Below are positions 24,901 to 39,751 of a stretch of DNA of 64,000 nucleotides, one piece after another. The stretch is from Cenococcum geophilum. Its lineage: Eukaryota. The translations under genes were made by a program, and so were the position numbers. The stretch is taken from positions 9,672,001-9,736,000 of the forward strand of contig CP158636.1 of assembly GCA_050273025.1 (NCBI GenBank), given 5' to 3'. The notes beneath the pieces are model-generated. The model searched no databases. It was not told the DNA's origin and was given only the letters and a program-made list of their open reading frames with translations. Position 1 is the stretch's first letter. Every line of letters begins with the position of its first letter.

Positions 24901-27900
24901 CGGCTATTTGTAAAGCTAGTTCCTTTTAGATATCCTTATACTCGTCTATAATAATCTAGTAAGCTCTCTATAAGGCTAGGTAAGCTCGCTTAATAAGCCT
25001 AATAGACTAGTACGCCTTAACTGGAACGGCTTTTGTTAATATAGCTATAGCCGTAGTATACTGCTAGAATTCCTTACTGATAAAGTTCCTACTAGTGTCG
25101 TAGGTGATATACTACGGAGGTCTAACGTATATGTTAATTTAGCAGGTCCGTAAAATATCCTAAGTGTATTTTATAGATATATTTTATAACTAACGGGTGG
25201 CTTAATAGTGGGTTGCCTTATTAATTATATATAATACTAAACTGTCACGGAGTAAGCATAAGCGGTGATAATATATAGCGAAGTAGGTATTATTAAGCTA
25301 TGTATATAAACTGCGTAATGAAGTTAAGACGTTGCGTAAGGAAAGAAGGTAGGGAAACGGGAAGAAAGGGCATATATTGTTAACTTAGTTGCTTAGTTAA
25401 CACATACATAGGCAGAATAGGGTTTAGGTTATAGTCCTGGCAGAACTTAGCAGAATTTAGTAAAACTTGGCAGAATATAGCAGAATGCCGTAGATTGCCG
25501 TTAGATTGCCATTAGATTGCCGTTAGATTGCCATTTCGCGGTTAGTCTCTAATTGCTAAGTCGGTGGAAATAGGTAGACGTATACAAGGTGTTACGGAGG
25601 TGTCCTATAACAGTACCCCCCCTTTAAACTTAAGCTTCTGCGAGATGGGGCTGTAGTAATTCTAGGTAGAGTTTGTAAAAGTCTTTTACGGCTTATATAA
25701 GTCCTATAGAGTTAACGGGTTCCCATAAGGACTTAGTAAAGCCTCTCTATTTCGTAAGATATATATATTAGTGTTTCCGTTTATCGTACTTAATATTATT
25801 AATTCTTTTAATAAAGTACTTATTCTCACCATCCACTTTAACTAGTAGGGGAGGGTCTTATATCTATTTAGGCAGGGCGTCTAATATAGGGGTAGTAGGG
25901 CGGAGGACTAACGTATGGAATACGGGGTGGATTTTAACCGTATTAGGGAGCTTTAATCGGTAGGCATAAGGAGAGATAACCTTTTTAACCTTATAAGGGC
26001 CAGCGTTCTTCTAATTAAGTTTCTTAGTAGGTCGTTTTATGTTTAGATTTCTTATATCTAGCTAGACGAAATTACCAATTTAGTAGGCCGGTGCTAGGGT
26101 TTATTTCTTATTCGCTGCGGCTTTATAGACAGATTAAGCCTATGTTATCTTATTGGTAAAGAACTATTATAGTTCCTCTATCTTCTTTACGAATTTATTT
26201 ACTTCTGCGACTTATAAGGCATAATAAGCGGGGTAAGGAACATTACTGAAGGGTTTAAAACCTATTTATGGGTGCTGGCCGTAATTAGCCAGGAATAGGG
26301 AGACTTTTATAGTTTCTAAGACGGAGTTATTTATAGTAAACTCAGCAAATACGAGCTAGTTAATCCAGTTATCCTGTAAATATAACGTGTATATCCGAAT
26401 ATACTATTCTATTATAGCATTTACGCGTTCTATTTAGCCATCCGTTTCTAGGTAATACGCGATAGATAATAGTGCTTTAATGCGGAGTCAAGTAGTTAGT
26501 TTTTTCTAAAATGCTAAGATAAACTGGCTGCCTCTATTAGAGATAATCGTTTTAGGGAGTCCGTGGAGTTTTCATACGTAATCTAGGAATAGTTAAGCAA
26601 CGGCAGGCGTTAATATATCGGGGCAGGCGATCAAGTGTCTTATTTTAGATAGTTAGTCTATAACTACTATAATGTTTATACAGCCTCTACTCTCAGGAAG
26701 GTTAATAACAAAGTCGATTAAGATATCCCTCTATCTTCAGTCTGGAACAGGCAGTGGCTTTAAAAGACCGTTATACGTCTTATGCGAGGCTTTAGCTCGT
26801 CGGCAGGTGTAGCAGCTAGAGACGTACCTTTGTGTTATATTGTGCATATTTGGCTAATAATACTCCTATTAAAGTAGTTCTAGGGTCTTTCCTTAGCCCG
26901 GGTAGCCGGCAACAGGTAGATTGTGTATATGTTTAAGGAGTTTAAGCTTAAGCTTATTGTAATTAGGGATAACTAGACGGTTCTAGTAATATAAGCGGTT
27001 TCCGCAGGCTTTATATTTACTTAGAGAAATCTTTTTAGAGCGTCTGATGCTATCTTGCATTAGCTTAAGCGTCTCTTAAATAAACTCGTTATTTGGGTAT
27101 TTGTTAACTATAATCTATTCAATTAATTAATTAGTTATTTTAAGGACGTATACCATAAGATCTTTAGTAGGAGGGTTAAATAGTTTAGGGCGAAGTAGGG
27201 TCTAATTTCGGTAAGAGCGCGCTTCTTCTAAAGCTGGCGCGTCTTGCGAGCGTTAGGTTAGAGCATTAGGCTTCTAGCCTTAGACGCCTAGGCGGTATAT
27301 AATTAAGAATTAGAAATAAGATAGATATTCTAACTAGCGGGCCTAATAATGACTTAGCTGTTTTGTAGTTATAAAGTACTACAGGTTCTTATAGTCGCTA
27401 AGGACCTTAATTAGAAATCCAGCACCTTCTAATTTAGGTCGCTATTATTTGAAATATCTAATAATGGCTAACAATTCCTTATTGTAGATCTTGTAGTTAT
27501 ATTCGGCTAGGCTTAGTTGTTTTAAGAAGTATGCTATAGGGTATAATACTCCATCCTTATTATATTAAGACAGGATACCTCTAGTGACATAGTTAGATAA
27601 GTCGGCTTCTATAACACTTATTCGGTTTAGGTTAAAGTATTAAAGCACGGGCGCAATAGTAAACATGACCTTTAAATAGGCAAAGATCTTCTTGCATTCC
27701 TTATTAAAGATAAAGACTTTATCCTTTCGGGTTAGAGCTATAAGGGGTAAAACTAGGGCAGAGAAGTTATTAATAAACCGTTGGTAGAAATTAGTAAATC
27801 CTATAAAGGCTCTTACGTCCTTAACGTTCTCGGGTTTTTGCCAGTTTACGATTGCTTTAACTTTCTTTAGGTCTATTTATATACCATTTATAGAAATAAG

Positions 27901-30900
27901 GAGTCTAAGGTATAAGACTTCCGTTTTATAGAACTCGCATTTATCTACATCTAATTATAAACTAGCTCTATGCAGGGCTTATAGGACAAGGTTAACGTAT
28001 TTCCGATATTCGATTAGGTTATTACTATATATTAAAATATTGTTAATATAAGCAGTATAGAAGATGTCTAGGTAGGGGCGTAGGGTATTATTTATATAAT
28101 ATTAAAACAAGCTCGGAGCGTTTGCGAGGCCGAATGGCGTTACTAAGTATTTAAATAGTCTATACCGAGTACAAAATGCAATAAGCCATTTATCTCCTTT
28201 TGCTATACGGAGGCGGTTAAATACAGAGATAATATCAAGCTTCGTATAGTAGCGAGCCTTACTTAGTCGGTTTAGTGTCTCCTATATTAACGGGATCGGA
28301 TATTAGTTCTTAATAGTGACGGCGTTAAGAGCTTGGTAGTCTATATAGAAGCATAAACCGCCGCCGGGTTTCTTAACGAAGATCACTAGTGCGGCTATAG
28401 GCAATAAGCTTGCTCTAATAAATCCTTTACTTAGGTTCTTATCTAAATACTTTCGTAGTACTTAGAGTTCATTTTAGGACATCCCGTATAAGGGTCCAAA
28501 TCTAGGCTGCTTTCCTTCTTTAAGTACAATCTTATAGTCGTATAATCGGTGTTCCGGTAGCTTATCGGCTTCCTTCTATAAAAATGCCTCTAGGCGGTTA
28601 TAGTACTCTACTAGTACCTTTATAGCAGGGTCGGTGTGCTTCTTCGGTGCTAAGGCCTTCTTAATATCAGCTATAGTGACAACAAAGATTGTATATTCGG
28701 GTTTCTTAGCAAGTTGCGCTAGCGGGGTAGCTCTAATTATGCGGATATCTAGGGTGCCGAGCTCGCTTAGATTGTCCATAGTTTCTTATTTAAGTTTAGG
28801 TTCGGTATTAGGTATAGAGTTAGTATTAGATTCGGGTTTAGGTTCTTTAAGAATCCTTTTTATAGTGGAATACTAGTCCTTCTAGTATTTTCGTGTATAG
28901 AGCTTAAGCTTTTACTTAGCTTAGGGCGGTGCAGTGCTTAGGGCCAATTCGTGGAGTTCGGTGGAATTCCCAGGTTAGTAGAATCTGGTAGATTCCTTAG
29001 GCGTGGGGTGGACATTAGTGGAAATCTTAGGCTAGTGGATCTTAGCGGATTTCCTAAATTTTAGTTTGGGGTTAAGGCGGTGCGTTATATAACACTTCTG
29101 CTTATAACGGGAGGCGGTAAATAGAAGCTTAAGGTTATCTTAATTAATAGTTACCTTATATAGCTTTATCTAGGGTTGTCTAAGGATTACTAGGTAACCT
29201 AGGGTAGTAATAAAAAGCTTAATTAGTTCTTTGTAGTTTAGGTATTAGAGTCTTAGGGCTACTATATGGGTAATACGGCCTAAGATAGTATATTTGCTAT
29301 TAAATCCAAATATATTAATATGCCGGTTAAGGGGGGTTAAGGTAAAACTATTATCTTATATAAAGATCCTATTAATAAATCCTATGCCGCTAGCTCCTAT
29401 ATTAATTAGGATTTAAACGTTAGCCTTTTAACTATTCTGCTAAAGGCGGCAGTTAATAGTTATGCTATGGTCCTAAGAGTCGGAGTTTGTAACGTTAAAT
29501 GCGTTTAACGAGATTCTGTGGTAGAGCTGTCCCGGAGAGCGACTTAGCTCTAAAACCTTCTTTTTAGAGGCGATTGGGGCGGGGTTCTTATAGGACATTG
29601 GTTAGAGCTTTGTCCTTATAAGTGGTGCTTACTAGATGTAGGGCTAGAACTAAATAAAGATCAGGGACAGTAACCGGAAGATTAATGTGGTGAACGGCTG
29701 CTAGTGCTAGCTGTTTATAAATCGTTTTGGGGTATAGGGACGGAGTAGTGGTTTAAGAGGTAGGAGCCGCTTCTATATTTAAAGTAGAGGCCTAGCTTAA
29801 TACGTCGTTCTTATTTAGAGGACCCTAATAGGGTATATCCTAGGTTCCTAGTGTTAATATCTATAGCGTCGGGGTGCTTAGGTTAAGATAATGACTTAGT
29901 AGGCGTTTACGGGGTTATTGTGTTGTACCGATAAACGGGCTTTAGTGTAAGGCGTAGTATATCGTTATACTATTTGTTAATAACGTTTATATAGGCGTTA
30001 AGAGTTTCTGGGAGGTCTACGCCTATTAGGGAGGTTTTTAGTTTAGGGCTTAGGGATTTAATGAGGCTGTTAATTAGTGCGGAGTTATTCTAGCCTATTT
30101 CCTTTATATAGCGGTTAAATTCGGAGAAGTATACTGGGAAACTTTTCTTTTCTTAAGTTATTTAGTTTATCTTTCTTTAAGCAGTAACTTAGCGGTTTGG
30201 GTTACCGTATATAGCTTTAAGAAGTGTGACTAGGCTTTATACTAAGTTTAGTTAAAGAGGTTTAATAAGGTTAGCTGCGTCTCCTCCTAGTTAACTTAGG
30301 GCGTAATAGAGTCGGTTAGCTTTAGTTAGGTAGCGGTTAGCATTACTGGTTAGCTTATTCTTAAGCTGGCTTAAGAATAACCGAAGCTTTTATTGTTTAC
30401 TGGTAAATACTGGGGGGTCTAGTAGTTTCTTGGATCGTTTTGGTGCGGTAGTCGGCTCTATAGGGTAAGTAACTACTATTAATTTAGGGCTTGCATTCCG
30501 CGTGTTTATCTCTGGAGATAGCGTTTAGTCTTAGGGCCTTAATATAAGCATCTTAAGGATGCGGACTTCTTCTTAAAGTGCTTTAATTAATTATTATTGT
30601 TATGCTTCTTATTCGGCTTACTGTTAAGTTAAAGTAGCTTAGTGCTATATAAGGGCGTCTGTGAAGGACTTCTATATACCTACTAATTATTCTTAGAGTG
30701 CGGCTATAATAGCGTCGGCTATTATAGGGGCTTTAGGGTCGTTCTGCATTTTTGGAGGGTAGTATGAGTTTTTAACGCAATGTAGTATTACGGAGTAAGC
30801 ATAAGCGGTAATAATATATAGCGAAGTAGGTATTATTAAGCTATATATATAAACTGCGTAATAAAGTTAAGACGTTATGTAAGGAAAGAAGGTAGGGAAA

Positions 30901-33900
30901 CGGGAAGAAAGGGCATATATTGTTAACTTAGTTACTTAGTTAATACGTGCATAGGTAGAATAGGGTTTAGGTTATAGTCCTGGCAGAACTTCGCAGAATT
31001 TAGTAAAACTTGGCAGAATATAGCAGAATGCCGTAGATTGCCATTAGATTGCTATTAGATTGCCGTTAGATTGCCATTTCGCGGTTAGTCTCTAATTGCT
31101 AAATTGGTAGAAACAGGTGGACGTATGCAAGGTGTTACGGGGGTGTCCCGTGACATAAACTGCCGTTAATGTATATAATGTCTACGTATACTAAGTGGTT
31201 AAAGTTAAGGTCCTTATAAAGGGTGAACTTAAATTAGCCTAGGGAACGTCCGTATTTCTAGTAGAAGGAGCAGTATTTGGTTAGGTGGTTAATTGCCTTC
31301 CTATTAACGTTGTTATGTCTAAAGCGTTTAAGGACTCTATATAGCTTTTCGGCTAATAGGTGGCCGAAACGGCGGTATAGGCGGTAGATCTTAGTACTAG
31401 TAAGGTAGCACGGGTTATAGTCGAAAGATTTCTAAATATAGGTCCGTAAAGTCTCTCCCTATATAAGGAACGGGTGTCTAAATTGTTATATAATTAGTAG
31501 GGTAATATGCTTGCTTCCTGGGGCAGTTGTGGGGCCAATTAGGGTGTCCGTAATATTATTGTAGTATACCTATAACCTGTCTATATCTGTAAGATAGAGT
31601 AGGAAGGGGGTGTCCGCTTTTACTACGTGGAAGTTAACTAGGCTAATTGGAGTCTTAACTTTAACTAATTTAATTAATGCGGTTAAGCCGATGCCGAATT
31701 GGACGTTTATAGCCCTAGTTTGCGTAATATCAATGTCTATATTGTTATTTGTGGTGGTCCTGTATACGAGGTATTATCCGTAGCCTATAGTAGACTTTTT
31801 AGAGGCACCTGTGTCGATTATAACACCGTAGAATTTCTTGGGGGTATAGCGTTCTGTAGTGATATATGCAAATAGGTCCTGCTTATAATCTATAATATCC
31901 GTAACGGGGGTACTTACGGAATGGTTTTTAGGCGCAACTAAGTGTATAAAGGAACGGTCGGCTAATACGGTTATAATATTGAAGGCTTGGCTGTCCGTAA
32001 AAGGTCTAAAAGTGGTTAGGAATGTCTCTAAGGTCTCTTATTCCTAAGCGTTTAAGTTAAAGTTAATTATAAGGGCTTCTATTGACTTATTAGGGGGCTC
32101 TTCTACTTCCTCTCCTTTATATTCTAAAATAAACTAGTTAATATGGCTATTAAGTCTCTTCTTAGACTTGTTACGTTCTTCTTAGGTATACCTTATAGAC
32201 TAATATCCTTCTTTACCGCATATAAAGCACTTCTAGCTGGTTTGTTTACGGGGGTATGTTTTTATACAGGGGTTGCTACAGGGGTTACAGGTGGGACTTG
32301 GTTAGTATAGGTGCTGCTAGCGGTAGTGGCGGTCCGTAAAGTAGACGTCTAAGTCTGTTTGCGGATATTGAATATCCGTAATAAAGGCTTAAGTGCTGCT
32401 TAATGGGTTTGAGACTTTATACGTTACAATAGAGGAGCATAGGTTATTAATGAGGCCAGCTAAGGTATCTATAGGCTTGTAGTAGGCGTACTTATAGGGC
32501 TCTACTTTCTAGCAGGCTGTAATAAGTTTATTATGCAGGAAGTCGTCTGTTTAAAGCTTGGTGTTAAGGCCGTGCTATAGGTACCGAAGGTCTTTAATAA
32601 GAATTTACAGGCACTCTATAGTTAATTTTTTAGTATTCTTGTTAATTACGGTCCGTAGCTTAGTCGCATTCTATTAGGTAAGAATATTACGCTTATATTC
32701 CGGTCCTTTAAAGTAGTTACGCGTAGCTTTATATAGCTTATTAAAGGGAATACTAAGGGGGTTGCTCTTAAGGTTAGTATAGTAGTGGTTAAGTGCTAGG
32801 CCGCGCAGTATAGTGGAGTAGGCTTGGCTGAATTCCTATTTAGGAATATTAGCCTTCCAATAGAGGTCCGTAAAGATAGTAAGTTTAAAGTTAAAGTTAT
32901 TATTTTTACCGCTGTACTTGAATTCGTCGGTATAGAGCTTGGCTAGGTTAGCTAGCTCCTTGCCGTAGGTCTTTACTTAGGTAGGTTGCGGATCTGTAAC
33001 TTACGGATCTATGGCTTGCGGATATATGGCTTGCGGATCTATAACTTAAATAACGGGGGTAATTTGGTCCGTATTTTAGTTTATAGGGGTGTTATAATCC
33101 GTAACTTGAGAGTAGGGTATATTTTGGCCAATAAGGTTAAGTCTAAAGCCGCTTAGGTTTATGGGACGAATTTGGTTAAGTGGGTTAGGTATAAGGCTAG
33201 CGATTATATTAAGTTTGGAAGAAGTAAAGAGTTCCTTAGTTTCTTGGAACTGGTCTAAAATTTCCTTTTTAGTCTATTCCGTTTGGTCCTTCTCGTATAT
33301 TATATTATATAAAGACTGTATAATAGTAACTTATTTATTCCTTTTAACCTATATACCTTAGTTATATAAAAGGGTTTATAGTTTACAGATAGTAATAGGG
33401 TTGTAGGCCTTAAGAATAGCTTCCGTAAAGTCCGTAAAGTCTTCCTAGTATTGCTCCTATAGGTTATTATTTATAAGCTTAAAGTGTTTATATTTAAGGA
33501 TTTTAAAACTAATGTAGTTATTAATGTTGTTTGTAGACGTAACGTCGACTCCTTATCTCTACTTCTTTTAACCTTTACTGACTTGCTTGCTAATGTCTGC
33601 CATACTATAGTGTAGTGTGGTGCATAGCGGGTGGTAGCAGCTTATAACGGGTGGGGGAGGTCTTATAATGGTCCGTAAAATTAATTAACGGGTCCATAAT
33701 GGTTTATAGGAGGGTAGGGGGTTTCCGCAAAAGGTCTGAAGAGGTTTAAGGTTTAAGGGGGTTAAGGATAAGGGTTCCGTATAGGTCTGTATTCGCGTCT
33801 ATAACTTCCAGTAAACCGTACTAAGACTTAAATAAGTATACAGAGTTAGAGATAAGTCCGTAATCCCTAACTTCTAACCTTCTAGCAGGTCGTACTAGGA

Positions 33901-34254
33901 GTCTAAACGGGTAGTTGCTGTCGTATATATCGCTCGGGGGGAGGTATCAAGTGATTGCTGATCTGTGTGCGCTTACTAATTAGTGTTTATACTAACTTAA
34001 TAGTATAAATGAGTCAGATCCAGGGGCACGAAATACGTGTAGTATCGTATGCTCTTTTGGATGATGGTGACTGTTAATTATATAAAGCAGACTACGTGGT
34101 CTATATACTGATGCACCTCCCCCCTAATTAGTCAGTGCTTCATAAGTGCACCAGGCGCGTAAGCGAGTGGTTGGTGCACTGAACGCGTAAACGCGTACCT
34201 GGTGTACCGAACGCGTAAGCACGCGTTTGGTATAACAGGTGCTGTAATTATATA
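21995..34254 (-). mobile_element. Ty1/copia family D, copy D1 (LTRs 21,995-22,265 and 33,984-34,254), interrupted by E1
   Basis: 271-bp LTR pair, TSD GTAGC; gag ATG 33,603; order protease (IIDTGAS), integrase, RT (DISQAYMQS, KPLYGV), RNaseH (IDASF). Confidence 0.93.
25243..31155 (-). mobile_element. Ty3/gypsy chromovirus family E, copy E1, structurally complete (LTRs 25,243-25,612 and 30,786-31,155)
   Basis: 370-bp LTR pair TGTCACGG..CCGTGACA, TSD TAAAC, PPT AAAGGGGGGGTAC; RT PFGLANAPS and YINNILIY, RNaseH, integrase, terminal chromodomain. Confidence 0.95.
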
Positions 34255-35911
34255 GTAGCATTAAGGTCTATAGGGTTATATATAAGGCTTTTAGGTCTTA
34301 GAAACGGATTGCGCTTTAGGGTATATACTAGTTTTATAAAGTTTTAAACGCAAGGTATAGTTAGCTTTAGGGAATAAGTCTATTTATTATATTAAAGGTC
34401 CTTATTAATTTGTTAATATATTATAGCAAATTTAGGTAAATCCTTTAGCGGTTCTCTGCCTATTAACTATACTCTAATTTTATCTAAAATAGCTTAACGG
34501 AGAGTAGTAACTTTAGCGGCTTTATTCTAATCTAGTTTACTAATAAGGCCTAAAAATTCTAAAAAGAAGCTAGTAAAGTCTCGGTTCCGTTATTATAGGT
34601 TTTTAAGTTTAGTAATAGCTGTATATTTATAGCTAGTGTTATTATACGTTCGTTCTAATAGAGAGATAAAATTTTTAAAATTAATAAAGGCGCCGTTATA
34701 GAAGAATGGGTCTATAGTTTATATAGCATCTTTACTTAAATAAGATATTCAATCGCTAATCTTGCTAGCTTTAATAGGGTATTAGTTATAGTTTATTAAA
34801 AGTTTAAGACGGAGCTTAGTTATAAAGGGACGTGGGTTATTTTAATTTTTATCGAATATTAAAGGGTTAGGAAGCTTTTTAGATTTTATAGGAGGTATTA
34901 GGTTCGTTACAGGTATAGGTTAAGCTACTATTACTAGTTTAGGGTTTATATTTAATGGGTTAGGTTTACATACAGTTATTTTAATTTTATTTATAGGTAT
35001 TGCTATTAGGGTCTCTAACGCGAGTACTTTAGCGTTGTGGAGTTCTTTATATATTACTTTAATTAATTACTAATGCTGAGCTTCTAGTATAGTTTATTGC
35101 TAGGCTAAGGCATCTATAAAGGACTGTTGCATTATAGTTATTTATTCCCTAACTAGGGCTATAAGAGTTAACGTGGCGGATTTGAGTTCATTTGCTATTT
35201 TAAGGGTATTAGTATTAACGCAACGTAATATAAGGGCGCGAAGAGGCTTTAGGGCAGATTTAAAGGAATAATATAAATTCTATCCAAATTTATAGGCATA
35301 GCTCTTATAGAGAATAAGACATTGCATAAAGAAGAGAAAGGAATAATAAGAGAATTATATCATTAAATAGTTAGGGGTTTAGTGGTCGATGCGTGCGCAT
35401 ATACGCACGCAGTCTTCGACGGACTTCGGTAGAATTTAATTAATTTAGTAGAATTTAGCAGAAGTTAATTAAGCTAGTAAAATTCGGTAGAATTTAGTTA
35501 AAGCGTCGGAATTTATCTGTCGAGTGTTTTACTAAGACATTCCTACTATAACTAGGCTAGTCCCGTTATACTAGCCTACCTATATCTACCTATTCTAACT
35601 AGCGTATAATATATAATCTAAAGGACCTTAAGAAGAGACCTTATATAACGCCAGGGAATTTTAAACCTCTTTCTTTAATAAATCCTTTTTATATAATAGC
35701 GATATTAATTTAAACCTAACTCCTTTATAAGGGACCTTTATATTTAGCCTCTATATATATTAGATTAAATAACGATATTGTAGCTATTTACCTATTTTAA
35801 CGCAATATCTTATCTTTTAATATTATAAATATAGGACTATAATATATATATTAAGAAAATTTTAACTTTTATATTTAAGTTATAGTATATAAAAGGAGGT
35901 AAAAAAGTATT

Positions 35912-36116
35912 TATTATGGAACACCCCTATAACACCTTATATATATTTATCTATTTCTACTAACTTAGTAATTAAAGGCCAACTATAAGGGGACTATATA
36001 CTATAGATATGTGCCTTTAGTATATAACTAGTAGCTATCTAAGGGGCGTTTAGGGATTGTCTTAAGGGCAACCTAAGGTAACCGCAATAATATCCCTTAT
36101 ATTACCCCCCCTTTTT
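35912..36116. mobile_element. LTR fragments: ~75 bp of an E-type LTR start (+) joined to a minus-strand LTR start plus PPT of another family
   Basis: 35,912-35,988 matches 36,143-36,220; 36,102-36,116 is the complement of AAAAAGGGGGGGTAA preceding T(A)TAAGGGA. Confidence 0.5.
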
Positions 36117-39100
36117 ATAATTAGCTCCTAATCGCTATTACCTATTATAGGACACCCCTGTAATACCTTATATATATCTACCTATTTCTACTAACTTAGC
36201 AACTAAAGACTGACCATAAGACGGTAATTTAATAGCAATTTGCGGCAATCTAATGGCAATTTGCTATATTCTGCTATATTCCGCTAAGTTTTACTAAATC
36301 CCACTAAGTTCTACTAGGACCATTATCTAAATCCTATTCTACTTTGTGTATATATTAATTAAGCAACTAAGCTAATAATATATACCCTCTCTTCCCGTTT
36401 TCTTACCTTCTTTTCTTATATAATGTTTTAACTTTATTATATAGTTTATATATATAACTTAATAGTATCTACTCCGCTATATATTATCGCCGCTTATACT
36501 TACTCCGTAATATTATATTACATTAAACCTATACTTTATACCGCCCTACTCCGCTCTATTTAGTATAAAAAATAATTTAAAAACTTTTATATCTATAATT
36601 AACTTATATAATATGTTTACTAAATAAATAAAAAGCCTATAGAAGGCCTTTATAGACGTCCTAGCTTAATAAGAAGCCTAATACTAAGAAATAATTAGAT
36701 CTTTAAGAAAAGAAATTAAAAATATCTATTATAATTTACTATCTACTATACTATTGCCCCTACCTATCCCTACTAGTATTAACTTATAAGTATTTGATAA
36801 AAGAAATATATTTAAAACTGGCTTCTTAACCCTAAATTCGCCGATTAGTATCCCTATAAAAAAAGTTAACTAAATATCTTCTTCATCCTCCCACCTATTT
36901 AGGTAAAAGGAGTAAACTACACTTCTTCTTTTTATTTTAGCTAACTTAAGAATAAGCTAAACGGTAATATTAATTGTTATACTACTCCTAATAGTTAATT
37001 ACGCTACGCCACAAGCCATCTAATAGAAGACGCCGTAGAAACTATATACCTATCCCGGCTAAATACTATAAAAGAGCTAGTTGCTATACTAGAAGCCTTT
37101 TATAGTAATCCTAATTAAACCGCTATTATATAAAGGAAACCAAATAAGATAATATAAGATTTTAAGAACTTCCTATTACACTTTACTAGGTTCTACTACT
37201 ATACTAAAAAGACTAGATAGAATAAATCTGCCTTAATTAACCACCTAATAGAATATTTAAACCCTAAATTAAAAGTATCCCTAGTAGGGATTAAATTGCT
37301 AAATACTATTACTGCCTACACTAATGTTATTATAGCTTATATAATAATATACTACGCCTTACCCTAAAATATATACCTTAATACTCTGCTTTTTAGCCGC
37401 TTAGGACCCACAAGGACCTAAATACTATAAATATTAACACTAAAACCCTCTCTTACGCCCTAAAAGGATTTATTAAATAAGAATAACATATTAAATATAG
37501 CCTTTATTTTAAGTGCGGAAGTAATATTTATATATTAAGTTACTACTCTATTTTAATACCCTAAAAGTATATATAGATAACTAGTATAAGTAACCAACCT
37601 CCTTAACTAAGCCTCGCCTATTAGCCCTAGCCTAGTATTTAGTAAATACTACTTATAAGGACAAAGCTATAATTAATACGCTATAAGAACTCTGCCCTAA
37701 TTACCTCTAAAAGAAAAATCCTGGAGCTAAGTTGCTCTTTAGGACGGCTCTGCCTTAGAATTTTATTAAATGCTTTAGATATTACAAACTCTAACTTTTA
37801 GGACTATAGTATAACTATTAACTACAGCCTTTAGCAGAATAATTAATAAGCTAATATTTAAGTCCTAATTAATATAGGAGCTAGTAGTATAGATTTTATT
37901 TATATAATCTTTATATAAGATAATAGTTTTACTCTAACCCCCCTGTTACGGACCTTATATCGACAGCAGTAGCACTACTAAAGAGAGATATAAACGGACT
38001 AGTGGTAGAAGTACGGGAGGTGCTAAAACCAGTCAAGCTATGGGATAAGGGGTAGCCGAGTCATATAATAAGTCACGAGAGGAGATCTATTAATCTGTAA
38101 GATCTATAGGATCCGCTTACGTACCTTACGTACCTTATATACTTAAGTATTTCTTAGGCGCAGTATTGTGTATTTAAAGGACTACAGTCCCTACCTAGAT
38201 AGTTCTCTTTCCTTATAGTGAATCTTAGAATATAATTAGAGTTAATCTATTAGGTAACTACTCTACTAGTTATTATTACGTTATTAACTTCTTATTTACC
38301 TATATACCCAGCCTATTAATAAGTCTACCGTAGTTCCTACTATAAGGCTTTATTATATATTTACTACTAAGGTTATAGTATTAATAAAGTTAAACAATAT
38401 ACTATAAAAAGTAGTAGTTATAACGGCGTTAACGGCAGCAACTATATTGGGATTAGGTAATAACGCTAGTATAGTAGATACTAACTCTTAGCTAGTTACT
38501 GTTAGACAGCTATAGAAAATAGTTAATTAATTAATAGACAATAATAGAATATTTAAAGAAAGAATTAATGGAATCGGAGTAGCTAAGGTTAAGTTACCCT
38601 TAATTAAGCAATTCTTAGGGGAGAAGTTAAAACTTAAAGGATTTCTTACGTAAATTCACGTTAAGGTTATGTAAGAAGGAGTAAAACTAGGGACGCCTAT
38701 AGACTAAGTCGCCTATATAAGATTATTCTTAACGGGGAGAGCACTTAAGTAGTTTAAATCTTACCTTACGGAGGTATAGGAATATAGTATAATAACTACT
38801 AACTAGGAGGTACGATATATATTCTTAAGTTAGAATAGGTTTATAAAACACTTAACGCAGATATTTAAGGACCTAGAGGTAACTACTACGGTGGAATAAA
38901 AACTCTAAAACCTAGTATAAAGAACTTTAGTAATTAAGTACATAATATAGTTTTAAATATTAGCAATATAAGTTAAATGGAATAATAAGGCGCTTATAGT
39001 ATAATATAAGTAAGGACTTAAAGTAAAAGTTTAGAATATAATTATCCTAATAGAAGATACAGATACTCTTAGGGAATTAATTAATTAATTAATTAAGATT

Positions 39101-39751
39101 AATAATAGGATCTATTAAAAAGAGTAGACTAAAAAGGGTTAGGATAGAGTTTTATAGTTATATAAGGCGCAGAGCACGCAGCAATAAAGTTAAAGTTAAA
39201 AAGTATAGTATAGTGTAGAGCTAATAGACTTAAGCAGTATTAAAGAATCTAAAAGGTAGAATAGACAACTATAAAAACCTAGAGGTTAAAAATTAAGTAA
39301 TTATAGGATTAAGAAGCAGAGGCTAAACTAGGGATCTTAGTAGCAGAAGACGTTTAGGCAAACTCTATAGTAAGAAAAATAGTTTAAAGAAGGGGCTTAT
39401 ATAAATTGCGGAAAATAAGGTTATTTTATTAGAGACTATAAAAGTAGTTAGAGTTATTACGCAGTAAAAGGAATAAGACTAGTAGAAGATATATATGTAT
39501 AGAGGGATAATAGTACACTATAAGGAATAAAAAAGTGTTTAATTAGAAGTTTTACGTTTTATTATAATAACGTATACTAAATTTATAAGGACGCTAAGTA
39601 CGGCGTAAGCTATTGGCTATAGGAGCTAAAATTATTAAAGTTTAAAGGAACTAACAAACTATCTTATAAATTGGATATTAAGGATAATGAATTTAATATA
39701 GGCGAAATATTTAATAACGATAAGGCAATAAAAGCAGCTTACTAGAAGTAT

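Larger units (their letters stand above)
14780..35570 (-). mobile_element. Ty3/gypsy chromovirus family A, copy A2 (5' LTR 35,229-35,570; 3' LTR cut to 14,780-14,816), carrying nested insertions
   Basis: gag ~35,190-34,260 and ~21,990-21,800; protease/RT/RNaseH/integrase in ~21,700-19,008 and 16,641-15,230 (RT YINNILI = YIDDILI near 20,440); PPT complement at 14,817-14,830. Confidence 0.9.

Noticed and set aside
24090..33361. Short ORFs 24090-24308, 28576-28779, 28634-28876 and 33161-33361
   Set aside because: Antisense shadows or stop-free fragments of retrotransposon gag/pol.
35571..35911. AT-rich spacer as a gene or element
   Set aside because: Too degraded; no motif or boundary identifiable.
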